A stretch of DNA of 64,000 nucleotides from a virus (Duplodnaviria > Caudoviricetes): IMG/VR virus record IMGVR_UViG_3300035703_002708. One strand, 5' to 3'. The number at the start of each line of letters is the position of its first letter. Position 1 is the stretch's first letter. The translations under genes were made by a program, and so were the position numbers. This document shows, one piece after another, positions 1 to 10,062 of this stretch. The notes under the pieces were generated by a model that did not search any database, was not told the DNA's origin, and worked only from the letters and a program-made list of their open reading frames with translations.

Positions 1-165
1 TTGTTTGAAAAGTATAAAATTACCATAAAAAGCCATTATCATCATCCAAATAGCAATCCAAAACATACCACTTCTTTGTAATTTTGGTTTATTTTTACAG
101 GTTTTACAATTTGGGTCTTTTTGACCCACTTCTTTTGCGTATAGTGTTTCTAGTAATTCGTCCAT
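1..165 (-). CDS. small membrane protein with CxxC (3'-truncated by window edge)
   Basis: Hand translation MDELLETLYAKEVGQKDPNCKTCKNKPKLQRSGMFWIAIWMMIMAFYGNFILFKQ..., open to the window edge. Confidence 0.6.
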   Translation of the reverse strand, partial: MDELLETLYAKEVGQKDPNCKTCKNKPKLQRSGMFWIAIWMMIMAFYGNFILFKQ

Positions 166-210
166 AATATTTTTTTCAAAAAAATAAACTCAATTTTTTT
201 TTGGTAAAGA

Positions 211-241
211 TTTGGACGGAATGATATTTTTAGTATCTTTG
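211..241 (+). promoter_or_regulatory. Bacteroidota-type primary sigma promoter
   Basis: TTTG (211-214), 19 nt, TATCTTTG (234-241); matches the TTTG/TAnnTTTG consensus. Confidence 0.7.
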
Positions 242-272
242 TATCACAATAAACAAATAAACACATACAGTC

Positions 273-398
273 ATGAAAACTTTCGAAGGTCTCTCAGAAC
301 GTCACGTAGCACAAATCATTCGTCGTAAGATGATTCAGAAGGTTAAACCTTCAGGTAAGGTCTATGACCGTAACAAAACTAAGAAGTCAGTGTTTTAG
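273..398 (+). CDS. small basic hypothetical protein (41 aa)
   Basis: MKTFEGLSERHVAQIIRRKMIQKVKPSGKVYDRNKTKKSVF; A-rich leader directly after the promoter. Confidence 0.6.
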   Translation: MKTFEGLSERHVAQIIRRKMIQKVKPSGKVYDRNKTKKSVF

Positions 399-454
399 TC
401 AGGTTGGTGTTGATATATCACCCACAAAATGCTATACTTCTCTAAAAAACAATT

Positions 455-1300
455 ATGCCAGTTAGTTATATCGGGGGTAAATCCAAAATCGGTAAGTGGA
501 TTACCCCCCACTATCCAAAAGATATCAAAACATACTCTGAATGTTTCGGGGGAATGTTTTGGTGTTTTTTTAATATGGACCTGAAAGAGTTTTCAGAGTT
601 ATCTACCGTAATTTATAACGACTTCAATCCACTTAACTCGAACTTCTTTCGGTGTTTGAAAAACCCTGAACAATTATTGATTGAGGTGGAGAAAATACCT
701 TGTCAACAAAAGGGTGTTTCATCAACGCCACCCGAATATAAGGAACTATTCAATAACTACCAAAAGAAATTATTTGATAGTGAATTTAAAGTAGGAGATG
801 AACCCGATTACGAAGTTGCGGCTCAATACGCTTACATACTAACACAAGTATTTTCAGGAAGTAAACCTGAAAAGAGTTCATACATAGACCTCAAAGGAAA
901 TTACAAGTCAAAGTATTTGACATTCAGAGATAAGTTGAAAAATCCAAAATGGGTCGAGAAGTTTAAGAAAATACAAGTTGTTGAGAATATGGATTTTGAA
1001 GAGTTCATTAAGAAATACGACAACGAAGATTTTTATGTGTATGTAGACGCCCCTTACTACAAAACAGAAGATTACTACTCCAATCACGACTTCGGTTTGA
1101 AAGACCACGAAAGACTGGCAAATACCTTAAAAAATATGAAAGGAAAGTTCTCTATGTCATATTATTATTTTTCACAATTGGAAGAATGGTTTCCAAAAGA
1201 CCAGTACAGATGGGAATCCAAGTCATTCGCAAAGGCTGCGGGTGCTAAAAAGGGTGGGAAACAATCTATTGGTGAGGAACTTTTGATTATGAATTATTAA
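455..1300 (+). CDS. dam: DNA adenine methyltransferase (Dam/D12 class)
   Basis: YIGGKS start, ECFGG SAM motif, IYNDFN, DAPY catalytic (DPPY-like) motif. Confidence 0.9.
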   Translation: MPVSYIGGKSKIGKWITPHYPKDIKTYSECFGGMFWCFFNMDLKEFSELSTVIYNDFNPLNSNFFRCLKNPEQLLIEVEKIPCQQKGVSSTPPEYKELFNNYQKKLFDSEFKVGDEPDYEVAAQYAYILTQVFSGSKPEKSSYIDLKGNYKSKYLTFRDKLKNPKWVEKFKKIQVVENMDFEEFIKKYDNEDFYVYVDAPYYKTEDYYSNHDFGLKDHERLANTLKNMKGKFSMSYYYFSQLEEWFPKDQYRWESKSFAKAAGAKKGGKQSIGEELLIMNY

Positions 1301-1348
1301 TTTTTTTCCGTTTCATAGGTATTTATTTAAGAATAAAACAAAATACAA

Positions 1349-3175
1349 ATGAGATTAGTAAAACTATTGTCTTCAGTCGTAACTGAAAGGTCAACACCTA
1401 AGTCCGTGTTGTTAGAAATTTCAGCAAAATTAAAAGCCTCTTTGGTAGCCAAATTTAAAGAACAAACATCTGATTCACCTGATACAATCGGAGAATACAT
1501 CGATGAGTTTGAAAAGTATAAAAATGGTCTTCCGGCAGATAAAAGGGATTTAAGTAAATTCAACTACCCCGAACTTAAAAAAATTATCGATACCAAAAAG
1601 TTCCAAAAAAACGAAAAGGAACTCTTCACTAAATTTAAGAAAAAAGAAGAGAAACTTGAAAGAGTTGAGTTGGCAAGAACCGTAAGAAAGTTCTTGGAAA
1701 TCCAATCTAAATTTGGTAAGGTAAAAGACCCAACCAATTATAAGTTTTTAGATTTTTCTAAATTGGTAACTCAAGTTTATCCTAAATACATCAAAGAGAT
1801 TTTGATGGATAAATTCAAAAAGGAAAACACACAACTTACAGAAGACATATTAGATTATTATATCTCTGCATACATCGATAACTTTGATGAGTTGTATCCA
1901 CAAATGCCGCCACCAACACAATTAACATTCTCAGATTTCGAACACTACATTGATGGAATGAACAAAGGTTTGGCAAACGCAGGAGGTAAAGAATCAACTG
2001 AAGATATTGAGATTGTTTATGACGACAATAACTTGATGATTTTCCAACCAAAAACAAGAGACCAATGTATCAGATTGAAAAATGGTCGTAGTTGGTGTAC
2101 ATCCCGTGAAGGAAGCTCAAACTTGTTTTATAACTATAGATTAGACAACAGAAGAACACTTTATTATGTAATTGACCAAGATAAAGAATACTCTGATGTG
2201 AATTTTGCGGTTGTTGTTTTGGTTGACCCTGATGGAGATATGTCTCTTGCTGATGGCACAAACTCAGGTAGATATTCAGGACATCAAAACATTCCTTGGA
2301 ATGAGATTGCTACAAAAATTCCAAAACTTAAAAACCTTAGAGAGGTTTTCAAACCAAAACCACTAACTCAAGAAGAACTCGAGGTGATTAGTCAAATAAG
2401 AAATACTAGAGTTGGAGATAATCCAATTGAAGATTTAGGTTCTGAAGATAGAGCAGAAATGTGGTTGGAAATTAAATCACCAAGATTAAGTGACAAACAA
2501 TTTGAAAACCTTACAGTTCCATTAAGAAAAAAATACATCGCACTTGGACACGATTTGACTGCGGGTATGATTAATGTGGCGGACCCTGATACAAAAAAAT
2601 ATTACGTAAGTAAACAAATTGAATTAATTAAAACAAAGAGTTTAAATCAACTTTCTGAGTCAGATATTGCTATCCTTAACTTACCTGGTATGACCAAGTT
2701 AAAAGAGGAGATGAAAAAGAAATTTGCAACCGACTTCCAATCAGGAGACAACATATCAATCAGAATACCAGCACAAAAAGAAGGTAAATATATTGCTCTT
2801 TACGGTTTTGATGAACTTATTAGAAATCTTTCTTCAAATGTTAAATTCTTTGAGATTGTTTGTACGGAGAAAAATTATCCACAGTATGATTTACCGTCAG
2901 AATTTTGTGAGAGATTTACACAATTAGAAACTTTGGTGTTGGAAAACATCGTATCTAGTATCCCTGATAATATTAGTAACTTGAGAAATCTTACAGTACT
3001 AAATCTGAAAGGCAATCAACAACTTAAAACACTACCTAGTTCAGTATTGAAGATGGGTAATTTGGATATGGTTATTTTAAGAAATGCTCCTGATGACTTT
3101 ACACCTCCGCAAGGGTTTGATGAATATTTCGAAGACATGGGAGATAATTTTTATTACAGAACGAAGTTCGATTAA
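1349..3175 (+). CDS. phage protein with central WCT domain and C-terminal leucine-rich repeats
   Basis: SWCTSR...LYYVID; C-terminal LETLVLEN..IPDNISNLRNLTVLNLKGNQQLKTLP; TATTTAT at 1320. Confidence 0.7.
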   Translation: MRLVKLLSSVVTERSTPKSVLLEISAKLKASLVAKFKEQTSDSPDTIGEYIDEFEKYKNGLPADKRDLSKFNYPELKKIIDTKKFQKNEKELFTKFKKKEEKLERVELARTVRKFLEIQSKFGKVKDPTNYKFLDFSKLVTQVYPKYIKEILMDKFKKENTQLTEDILDYYISAYIDNFDELYPQMPPPTQLTFSDFEHYIDGMNKGLANAGGKESTEDIEIVYDDNNLMIFQPKTRDQCIRLKNGRSWCTSREGSSNLFYNYRLDNRRTLYYVIDQDKEYSDVNFAVVVLVDPDGDMSLADGTNSGRYSGHQNIPWNEIATKIPKLKNLREVFKPKPLTQEELEVISQIRNTRVGDNPIEDLGSEDRAEMWLEIKSPRLSDKQFENLTVPLRKKYIALGHDLTAGMINVADPDTKKYYVSKQIELIKTKSLNQLSESDIAILNLPGMTKLKEEMKKKFATDFQSGDNISIRIPAQKEGKYIALYGFDELIRNLSSNVKFFEIVCTEKNYPQYDLPSEFCERFTQLETLVLENIVSSIPDNISNLRNLTVLNLKGNQQLKTLPSSVLKMGNLDMVILRNAPDDFTPPQGFDEYFEDMGDNFYYRTKFD

Positions 3176-3196
3176 TTTATTTTTTAATTTTGTGAA

Positions 3197-4567
3197 ATGA
3201 GAAACATAAAACTAAATAACGTCCTTCGTAGAATATTAAGAGAGGATTCTCGTTTGGATGTCTTGATTGACAAATATACTAAACCAAAAAAAGACGCTGA
3301 AAGAGGTACATCTAAAGCCTTAATGGGATTGGATATTTTGGGACAGATTATATTCGCTGACCCAACTACAAAAAAACCACAAGGAGATTTTGATACAACT
3401 GATTATAGTTTGGAAAACCTTAAAAAGGTACAACCTGGTCAGTATGTAAATTGGATGTTAAAAAACTTTGAAAGACCTGAATTAGACGATACTGGTGATT
3501 TGGCAAGGGCAAGGTCTTTATTTATGGAGGACCTATTCAAAGTAACGGACGATTTAGTTAAATTCACAAAGTACAAGCAATATTTCCCCGTTGATAAAAG
3601 AGATATCAACAAGTTTACACCACAATCATTATTTACGTTTTTGAATAACTTTGAACTACCTGAACGAGTAAGAGAAAAACTTAAAAAGTCAGAAGTTAAA
3701 AAAGAAATCAGAAAAGAACGAGAAGGATTCAAACATCCTGGTGCAAAAGTTGAGATGGTAGGTGATAATTACACGGTAGTGAAAATAGAAGGAACTGATG
3801 AGAAGGCACAAGAAGCCGCATCTTGGTATGGTGGATATTATGACCACGCAAACGGTGAGTCAAGATGGTGTACTTCACCACCTAATTCGAATTACTTCAG
3901 AGGATATGCAAAAGATGGTCCTCTTTATGTTATATTAGCAAATAACGATAATGGTAAAGTTGGAGGAAGAACTGGACTACCACAAGAAAGGTACCAATTC
4001 CATTTCCCATCCAATCAATTTATGGATAGATTAGATAATCAAATCAATTTAATTGAGTTTCTTAATAACAAGGCACCTGATTTGAAAGAATATTTTAAAC
4101 CTGAGTTTGCTGAGGGTATTGCTCAAAAAGGTACCAAAGTTGATATTAGTTATCCAAATAGTGCCGCAGGAAAATATATCGCCCTTTACGGATTTGAAGA
4201 ACTAATCGAAAATCTACCAGCGACCTTAACAGAGTTCGGATTTGTCAATAAGTCAAGTGATAAATTGGCTTGGGATATACCACCAAGTATTGGTAAATTC
4301 AAAGACCTAACGATGTTACAATTAGATGGAATTGTTAATACATTACCTGACGAGATTGGTAATTTATCAAACTTGTTTATGTTGGTATTATCTAATAATA
4401 AGAACCTCAAATCCTTACCACCTTCGATTGGTAAGTTGGATAGTTTGGTTGTATTGAACCTTATGGGTTGTGATAAAGACCTGTTTGGAACATTACCTCA
4501 AGACGTTCAAAAACAATTTAGTACAGAGTCACACGCAGAACAATTTTATGTTCATAACACTAATTAA
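3197..4567 (+). CDS. paralogous WCT-domain/LRR protein with ILRE leader
   Basis: RWCTSP...PLYVIL; GKYIALYGFEELI shared with upstream gene; LPDEIGNLSNLFMLVLSNNKNLKSLPPSIGKL. Confidence 0.75.
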   Translation: MRNIKLNNVLRRILREDSRLDVLIDKYTKPKKDAERGTSKALMGLDILGQIIFADPTTKKPQGDFDTTDYSLENLKKVQPGQYVNWMLKNFERPELDDTGDLARARSLFMEDLFKVTDDLVKFTKYKQYFPVDKRDINKFTPQSLFTFLNNFELPERVREKLKKSEVKKEIRKEREGFKHPGAKVEMVGDNYTVVKIEGTDEKAQEAASWYGGYYDHANGESRWCTSPPNSNYFRGYAKDGPLYVILANNDNGKVGGRTGLPQERYQFHFPSNQFMDRLDNQINLIEFLNNKAPDLKEYFKPEFAEGIAQKGTKVDISYPNSAAGKYIALYGFEELIENLPATLTEFGFVNKSSDKLAWDIPPSIGKFKDLTMLQLDGIVNTLPDEIGNLSNLFMLVLSNNKNLKSLPPSIGKLDSLVVLNLMGCDKDLFGTLPQDVQKQFSTESHAEQFYVHNTN

Positions 4568-4569
4568 AA

Positions 4570-4863
4570 ATGAATAACTTAGATGTCGAATTGTATATGA
4601 GTCAGTTTGTGACTTTCTTCGAGAATAACCCAAATGATTTATTAGATTTAATTGGGGACTCGGACAAGGAATTATTTTATGATTTGGTAAAAGAGCAGTG
4701 TGAAAAAAATATAGAATCTGGTGATGAGGTGTCATTAACACAACATCAGATTATTGAGATTGTTGTAAAACTCAAAAAAGTTAATTTGGAAAATCACCAA
4801 ATGGTTGTAATAGTAGATAAGGTATTTCAATCAACATCTTTCGGAATGATTGGACTTAATTAA
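4570..4863 (+). CDS. hypothetical acidic protein
   Basis: 97-aa ORF tightly packed after the LRR gene. Confidence 0.6.
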   Translation: MNNLDVELYMSQFVTFFENNPNDLLDLIGDSDKELFYDLVKEQCEKNIESGDEVSLTQHQIIEIVVKLKKVNLENHQMVVIVDKVFQSTSFGMIGLN

Positions 4864-4895
4864 TTTGTTTTTATTGTAGATTGTTTTTATATTTG
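4864..4895 (+). promoter_or_regulatory. Bacteroidota-type promoter
   Basis: TTTG, 20 nt, TATATTTG upstream of the PcfJ-like gene. Confidence 0.65.
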
Positions 4896-4920
4896 TGTTT
4901 GATTCAAAGTAATATTTTCT

Positions 4921-6594
4921 ATGATGAAAACAGATGTTGAAATCCTATATAAGCCTGAACGCGATGTTGAAATCCTATATAAGCATGAACGCAAAGTCTA
5001 CGGTACCAATTTTTTCAAAAACTCTTGTAGTTTAGAGGAAAGAACAAATACTAATCCTTTACCTCATATTACAGATGGTTTTGAATTTGATTCTTTATCA
5101 TCTGACAAGGAAGAAGATTTTGAAACAAACTTCGGTAATCCATTTTGTAGCGTCTCAAGAAGAAATAGAACTTTAGTTGTAGAAAAAACAGAAGATAAAG
5201 TTTCAATAAAAATATTTATCACAAGCACCGCAAGAAGAGTTGGTAGAGTTTATTTTGAAAAAACTAAGAACCTTTACTTCTTCACTTACAACATTAAGAC
5301 ACACGACTTTTATGATGGTGAGATAATTAATTACCACAAAAAAAGGAATTTCAGAAAAAAATTGAGGAGAAATCAGTTTTGGAGACAACCTATGATTCGT
5401 CTTATGGAATTTTTTGGGGGATTTTTCGCACAATCTGGTGAGAAACCAAGTAAAACTTTAGCCGTCACAGAATACGAAAAAGTAGTTAACCTTTTCACTT
5501 CCCAAATTCCCAACTACGACAAAAACTTTTTATTAACAAATGACGAGGCTTTGTTCAAAACACGGTGTGATAATTTAGGATATAAATTACCTGACAATTG
5601 GGCTTTATTTAGTAAAGTTTATCCAACCCCAACTAAAAAACTTTTAAAGAAACATAACTTCAAGTTTATAGATGCTTTACAATCAATCTATGGATTAAAT
5701 GGTGATAAGTTCAAAAAGATATTCCACGAAATAACTGATATAAATTCAAGGGCTTTAGAGTTCTCGGTAGATTTCTTCGGTGCCGAATTTTTTAAACAAC
5801 AAAAGGTAGAGTCCATTTTGAAAATCTTAACACACCACGACAGTTGGAGTTTTAAGTATTTGTTAGATAACCTACAAAAAATTGAATTCACTAAGCAAGA
5901 AAAGACAAACTTTTGGAATCTGTTTATATTAACAAGTGATAGTACGATTGATTTTTTTACACTATCTGAACACATAGATTTTATTGCAAGATTAAAAGGT
6001 TTTGGTGAGCAAGTTAAATTGAAGGCTAAAAACCGTAATCAGTTTATAGATGAACATACCGAGTTTTCGTCATTACTTCAGATGTATAAAAAAGGGGTTG
6101 TTTATAGACACTATAACGATGACTTTGTAAATAGAGTTGAGACACCTATTTTTGATAACGAATATTACTATCCTGTGTTACTCACAACAACGGAAGAGTA
6201 TAATCAGGAGTCGGCGGTTCAAAGTAATTGTGTTAGGGGATATTCAGATAAACCTTCGTCATTAATCATATCTTTACGTAAAGGAAGTAAAACATCCAAT
6301 GAACGGGCAACAATCGAATATAACTATCGGATGATGTCAGGTAAGATTTATATGACTAACATTCAGTGTTTGGGTAGGTTCAATAACAAACTGCCCGATG
6401 ACTGGAATTATGTTGTAAGAAAACTAAATGAGAGAATTCAATTACTAGGTTCTTCCAACGTATTTACCTTACCTGAACTAATAACTAAATTTAAACACAA
6501 AGAAATTTACCAAAAGGCGACATTCGATAAAAACGGATACCCCCATTGGGATAATGGATTAGAAAACGAAGAAGCGGATTTATTAGTATGGTAA
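4921..6594 (+). CDS. PcfJ-like domain protein
   Basis: C-terminal LLTTTEEYNQESAVQSNCVRGY...IISLR...ATIEY...QCLGRFN pattern. Confidence 0.65.
   Translation: MMKTDVEILYKPERDVEILYKHERKVYGTNFFKNSCSLEERTNTNPLPHITDGFEFDSLSSDKEEDFETNFGNPFCSVSRRNRTLVVEKTEDKVSIKIFITSTARRVGRVYFEKTKNLYFFTYNIKTHDFYDGEIINYHKKRNFRKKLRRNQFWRQPMIRLMEFFGGFFAQSGEKPSKTLAVTEYEKVVNLFTSQIPNYDKNFLLTNDEALFKTRCDNLGYKLPDNWALFSKVYPTPTKKLLKKHNFKFIDALQSIYGLNGDKFKKIFHEITDINSRALEFSVDFFGAEFFKQQKVESILKILTHHDSWSFKYLLDNLQKIEFTKQEKTNFWNLFILTSDSTIDFFTLSEHIDFIARLKGFGEQVKLKAKNRNQFIDEHTEFSSLLQMYKKGVVYRHYNDDFVNRVETPIFDNEYYYPVLLTTTEEYNQESAVQSNCVRGYSDKPSSLIISLRKGSKTSNERATIEYNYRMMSGKIYMTNIQCLGRFNNKLPDDWNYVVRKLNERIQLLGSSNVFTLPELITKFKHKEIYQKATFDKNGYPHWDNGLENEEADLLVW
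4933..4992 (+). repeat. 2 x 30-bp in-frame tandem duplication
   Basis: GATGTTGAAATCCTATATAAGC(C/A)TGAACGC twice, encoding DVEILYKPER/DVEILYKHER. Confidence 0.95.
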
Positions 6595-6932
6595 ATGAAC
6601 CTCAATTATTCAAAATCGAGAAAGATTTTCTAAATCGACAGGACACCCTGTTGAGTGTTATTACTTTTCACGATTTGGAATTGAGTCCGATATTTTTCGT
6701 AGAAAACGAAAAATTAGTTGATGAGTATGTATATATAGATATGACCACCCACAATAGAGGAGATGGTCAGGATATTAGAGAATATATAGTAAAACTAAAA
6801 GAGGGGTATTTTCTTTATTTCTCAAGAAGACCGAATGATTCAAGATTTAATCTGAAGGTTTTTTTCGGTAGTGATAAGAAATACTCTGACATTATTTTTC
6901 AAATAAACAGATATAATAATATAAAAAAATGA
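6588..6932 (+). CDS. hypothetical protein
   Basis: 114-aa ORF in operon with overlapping neighbours. Confidence 0.6.
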   Translation: MVNEPQLFKIEKDFLNRQDTLLSVITFHDLELSPIFFVENEKLVDEYVYIDMTTHNRGDGQDIREYIVKLKEGYFLYFSRRPNDSRFNLKVFFGSDKKYSDIIFQINRYNNIKK

Positions 6933-7243
6933 TTGAATTAACAGCACAACAAGTACAAGAAAAAATATCAGCAAATGAAAATTTCATTTTGGATTGCTAT
7001 GCACCGTGGTGTGGTCCGTGCAAAGTAATGATGCCGATGTTAGAAAACGCCTCATCTCAAATCTCAGAACTAAACATCTACAAATATAATGTGGATTCGG
7101 ATATGACACTGACATCTCAACTTGGAGTAAGAGGAGTTCCAACTATTAAAGGATTCAAAGAAGGTAAGGAAGTATTCAATAAAGTTGGTATCATGCAAAC
7201 AAACGAAATCATAAATTTATCTAAACAACTTATTAATGGATAA
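6929..7243 (+). CDS. trxA: thioredoxin
   Basis: WCGPC active site, GVRGVPT cis-Pro motif, 104 aa. Confidence 0.92.
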   Translation: MIELTAQQVQEKISANENFILDCYAPWCGPCKVMMPMLENASSQISELNIYKYNVDSDMTLTSQLGVRGVPTIKGFKEGKEVFNKVGIMQTNEIINLSKQLING

Positions 7244-7520
7244 GTTATTGATTTTATTCACGATGGAGGGGTGCCCTTTCTGTCAAATTATGAAAGACAG
7301 ATTGAACGAAGAGGAGATAGAATATTATGAAAGGGATATCAACATTTATCAAGAAGAATACGATATGTTCAAGGAAATCACCGAGAATGATTTTGTGCCA
7401 GCATTTATGATTGTCGAATCACCCGATGAGGAACCTTTCACACATTTATTTGCACCTGAAAGAGATTACAACGAAATAGAAGAAGGTATTGGTATTATCA
7501 AAGAACATTTCAGTCGTTAA
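7236..7520 (+). CDS. glutaredoxin-like protein
   Basis: GCPFC motif, FVPAF cis-Pro motif. Confidence 0.8.
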   Translation: MDKLLILFTMEGCPFCQIMKDRLNEEEIEYYERDINIYQEEYDMFKEITENDFVPAFMIVESPDEEPFTHLFAPERDYNEIEEGIGIIKEHFSR

Positions 7521-7534
7521 GGTATTTATGTCAT

Positions 7535-7879
7535 ATGGACATAATAGTAGATAAACCACAGTTAGTAAGAGTAGTTTTACTGTATCTTAATAAGAATTTT
7601 GGAAATTTAACTCCTAAGACTAGTTCAAAATTTCCTGACTCAGTATTTTACGTAAACTCAGATAACGAGATTCTTATGGAATACAATAAGGAAACTGAAC
7701 GTGTTTATATTCATTACGACCAAATTTGGTCAAAATTCGAATCGTTATTTCACCTTAATCCTGTGGATATTCTATCAATTATGAAAGTTTGGTTGGAAGA
7801 GGATTACAAATTGGGGAATTCAAAACTTCGTATCCTCCCAAAGCACTCTGTTAACCATTGGAAGAGACTTACAAATTGA
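7535..7879 (+). CDS. hypothetical phage protein
   Basis: 114-aa ORF directly after TATTTAT (7523). Confidence 0.6.
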   Translation: MDIIVDKPQLVRVVLLYLNKNFGNLTPKTSSKFPDSVFYVNSDNEILMEYNKETERVYIHYDQIWSKFESLFHLNPVDILSIMKVWLEEDYKLGNSKLRILPKHSVNHWKRLTN

Positions 7880-7909
7880 AGTAAGAAAAATAACATTTTA
7901 GTATATTAT

Positions 7910-7943
7910 AAACCCACCCCCATTAAGGTGGGTTTTTTGTTTT
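7910..7943 (+). terminator. intrinsic terminator
   Basis: AAACCCACC/GGTGGGTTT stem plus T-run. Confidence 0.8.
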
Positions 7944-8000
7944 CAGATATTTATAGGTAAGTCCTAAAAATGAAAACTAAACCTAAAAATATACTAACAG

Positions 8001-8690
8001 ATGAAATCCTTTATCTTACTATTGTTATTTTTACTTCCTTCATTAATCCAAGGTCAAAGTTATACCATAAGTGGTAATTATACTTATGGAATTTCAGTTT
8101 TTGATTTGGATAAAACATCCTTTTATGATTTAAGAAACGAAAGAAGATTTACACCAGGGTATTCCTATGGTCTGTCAATTGGAAAGTTTTACAGGTCAGG
8201 ATATTATCAAAAAAAGTTTTGGGGTGTGAAACTCGAATTCAACAAGTTTCAGTATGCGCAGAACATCAGGCTAGTTCCCGAATCAATTCCACTGACCTCA
8301 CTCAAATTTATTGAGAAACGAATACAAGTAGATGGTTATTCAATTACACCAACCGCTTGTTATTACCCATCTGTAGGACAAAGTTTATTTGTTGAGTTCG
8401 GACCATCTTTTAATCACATATCTCAACAAACACAATCAACAGTATCAAATACAGTAGGTTTTGACTCACCATTAGTGCCCTATGAGTTTAAAAAAAATTT
8501 TCTTAGTTTATATTTGAGGTCTGGAGTATATTTTAATTTGACTGATTGGTTAGGTTTTAATATCGCTCTATTTTCAAAAACTAATATCACACCTGTTGTA
8601 GAAGATAACACATTTAGAAGTTATTTTTTTGGTGTTGATGGTGGTTTGACCTTTAGAATTGGAAAATGGAAAAGTTCTCGTACTCGTTAA
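8001..8690 (+). CDS. secreted outer-membrane beta-barrel protein (PorT/OMP_b-brl-like)
   Basis: Signal peptide; about 8 amphipathic strands; final strand GVDGGLTFRIG. Confidence 0.65.
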   Translation: MKSFILLLLFLLPSLIQGQSYTISGNYTYGISVFDLDKTSFYDLRNERRFTPGYSYGLSIGKFYRSGYYQKKFWGVKLEFNKFQYAQNIRLVPESIPLTSLKFIEKRIQVDGYSITPTACYYPSVGQSLFVEFGPSFNHISQQTQSTVSNTVGFDSPLVPYEFKKNFLSLYLRSGVYFNLTDWLGFNIALFSKTNITPVVEDNTFRSYFFGVDGGLTFRIGKWKSSRTR

Positions 8691-10060
8691 TACTAATTTT
8701 ATTGTCAGTATTTTGTTTTGGACAAATACCTGGTCCATCAACTAATTGGTATTTCGGAGCTTTTGCAGGAATTACATTTAATTCAGGAAGTCCTGTTGCG
8801 CTTACCAACGGAGTTTTAAACACTACAGAAGGGGTTGCGACAATATCTGATAACTCAGGTAATTTACTATTTTATACAGATGGTGTAACTGTTTATAACA
8901 GGTTTCATGCGGTTATGACAAATGGATTGGGTTTGTTTGGAGATGCTTCATCCACACAATCGGCAATCATAGTTCAGAAACCTAATGAACCAAACATATA
9001 TTATATTTTTACATCAGATAATGATGTCGGACCAAATGGTATTTGTTATTCTACCGTTGATATGAATGCTGGATTTGGATTAGGTGCCGTAATAACAAAA
9101 AACATACAACTAAAAACACCCTCATGTGAAAAACTATGTGCTGTCAGAAATTGTAACAATCAAGACATATGGGTTATTTCAAAGGATTGGGGAAACAATA
9201 CATTTACCGCTTGGTCAGTAAATTCTTCGGGTGTTGGAGTTATCACATCTTGGTCAAATGCCGGTAGTGTTATAAATGGTGTTTCACAATCATCTTATGG
9301 ACAATTGAAAGCATCGCCTAATGGTAGAAAATTAGCCGCCTGTCATTATGGAACCACCACAGGAGGAATCAATAAAGTAGAATTATACGACTTTGACCCA
9401 GCGACAGGATATGTTTCAAATGGAGTTACTTTACATACTCAATTAGGTGTGTATGGTGTTGAATTCTCACCTGATGGTAAAGTATTATACGCTGGCACCA
9501 ATCAAGGATTACTTATGCAGTGGAACTTATGTGCGGGAACAATACCTCAAATACAATCATCAAGAACAACCATATCAAACGCAGGACCATTTATCGGTTC
9601 AATTCAAAGAGGACCTGATGGGAAGATATATGTTGCAAGAAATAATGATTCGTTATCTGTTATCAATAATCCAAATGTCGTAGGGTTGGGATGTAATTAT
9701 ACCAATTTGTCATTACCTCTTGCAAATAGGTCAAGTAGAATGGGACTACCAAATTTTGCCTCTTTTTATATTCAACAACAATTCGTTTTACCTGACCCCA
9801 CCATTAATTGCACTACCGCCAGTTTCTCAATTCCAATCTCTCAAAACACAGATTGTTTGTCTCAAAATGTTCAATATACTTACCTGTGGGACTTTGGAGA
9901 TGGGACAACATCACCTCAACAAAACCCAAATCACACATATTTATTATCAGGGGTGTATAATGTTTCAGTTACCATTACAGGACCTTGTACATCTACCACA
10001 ATAAACAAAGTTGTTAACATTCCACCTGGAGGTATAACAGTATCAGTATATACAAATTAA
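8666..10060 (+). CDS. secreted beta-propeller + PKD domain protein
   Basis: Signal peptide; NWYFG...LLFYTDG and ASPNG/FSPDG repeats; YLWDFGDGTTS..QNPNHTY..SGVYNVSVT PKD domain. Confidence 0.8.
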   Translation: MEKFSYSLILILLSVFCFGQIPGPSTNWYFGAFAGITFNSGSPVALTNGVLNTTEGVATISDNSGNLLFYTDGVTVYNRFHAVMTNGLGLFGDASSTQSAIIVQKPNEPNIYYIFTSDNDVGPNGICYSTVDMNAGFGLGAVITKNIQLKTPSCEKLCAVRNCNNQDIWVISKDWGNNTFTAWSVNSSGVGVITSWSNAGSVINGVSQSSYGQLKASPNGRKLAACHYGTTTGGINKVELYDFDPATGYVSNGVTLHTQLGVYGVEFSPDGKVLYAGTNQGLLMQWNLCAGTIPQIQSSRTTISNAGPFIGSIQRGPDGKIYVARNNDSLSVINNPNVVGLGCNYTNLSLPLANRSSRMGLPNFASFYIQQQFVLPDPTINCTTASFSIPISQNTDCLSQNVQYTYLWDFGDGTTSPQQNPNHTYLLSGVYNVSVTITGPCTSTTINKVVNIPPGGITVSVYTN

Positions 10061-10062
10061 TT

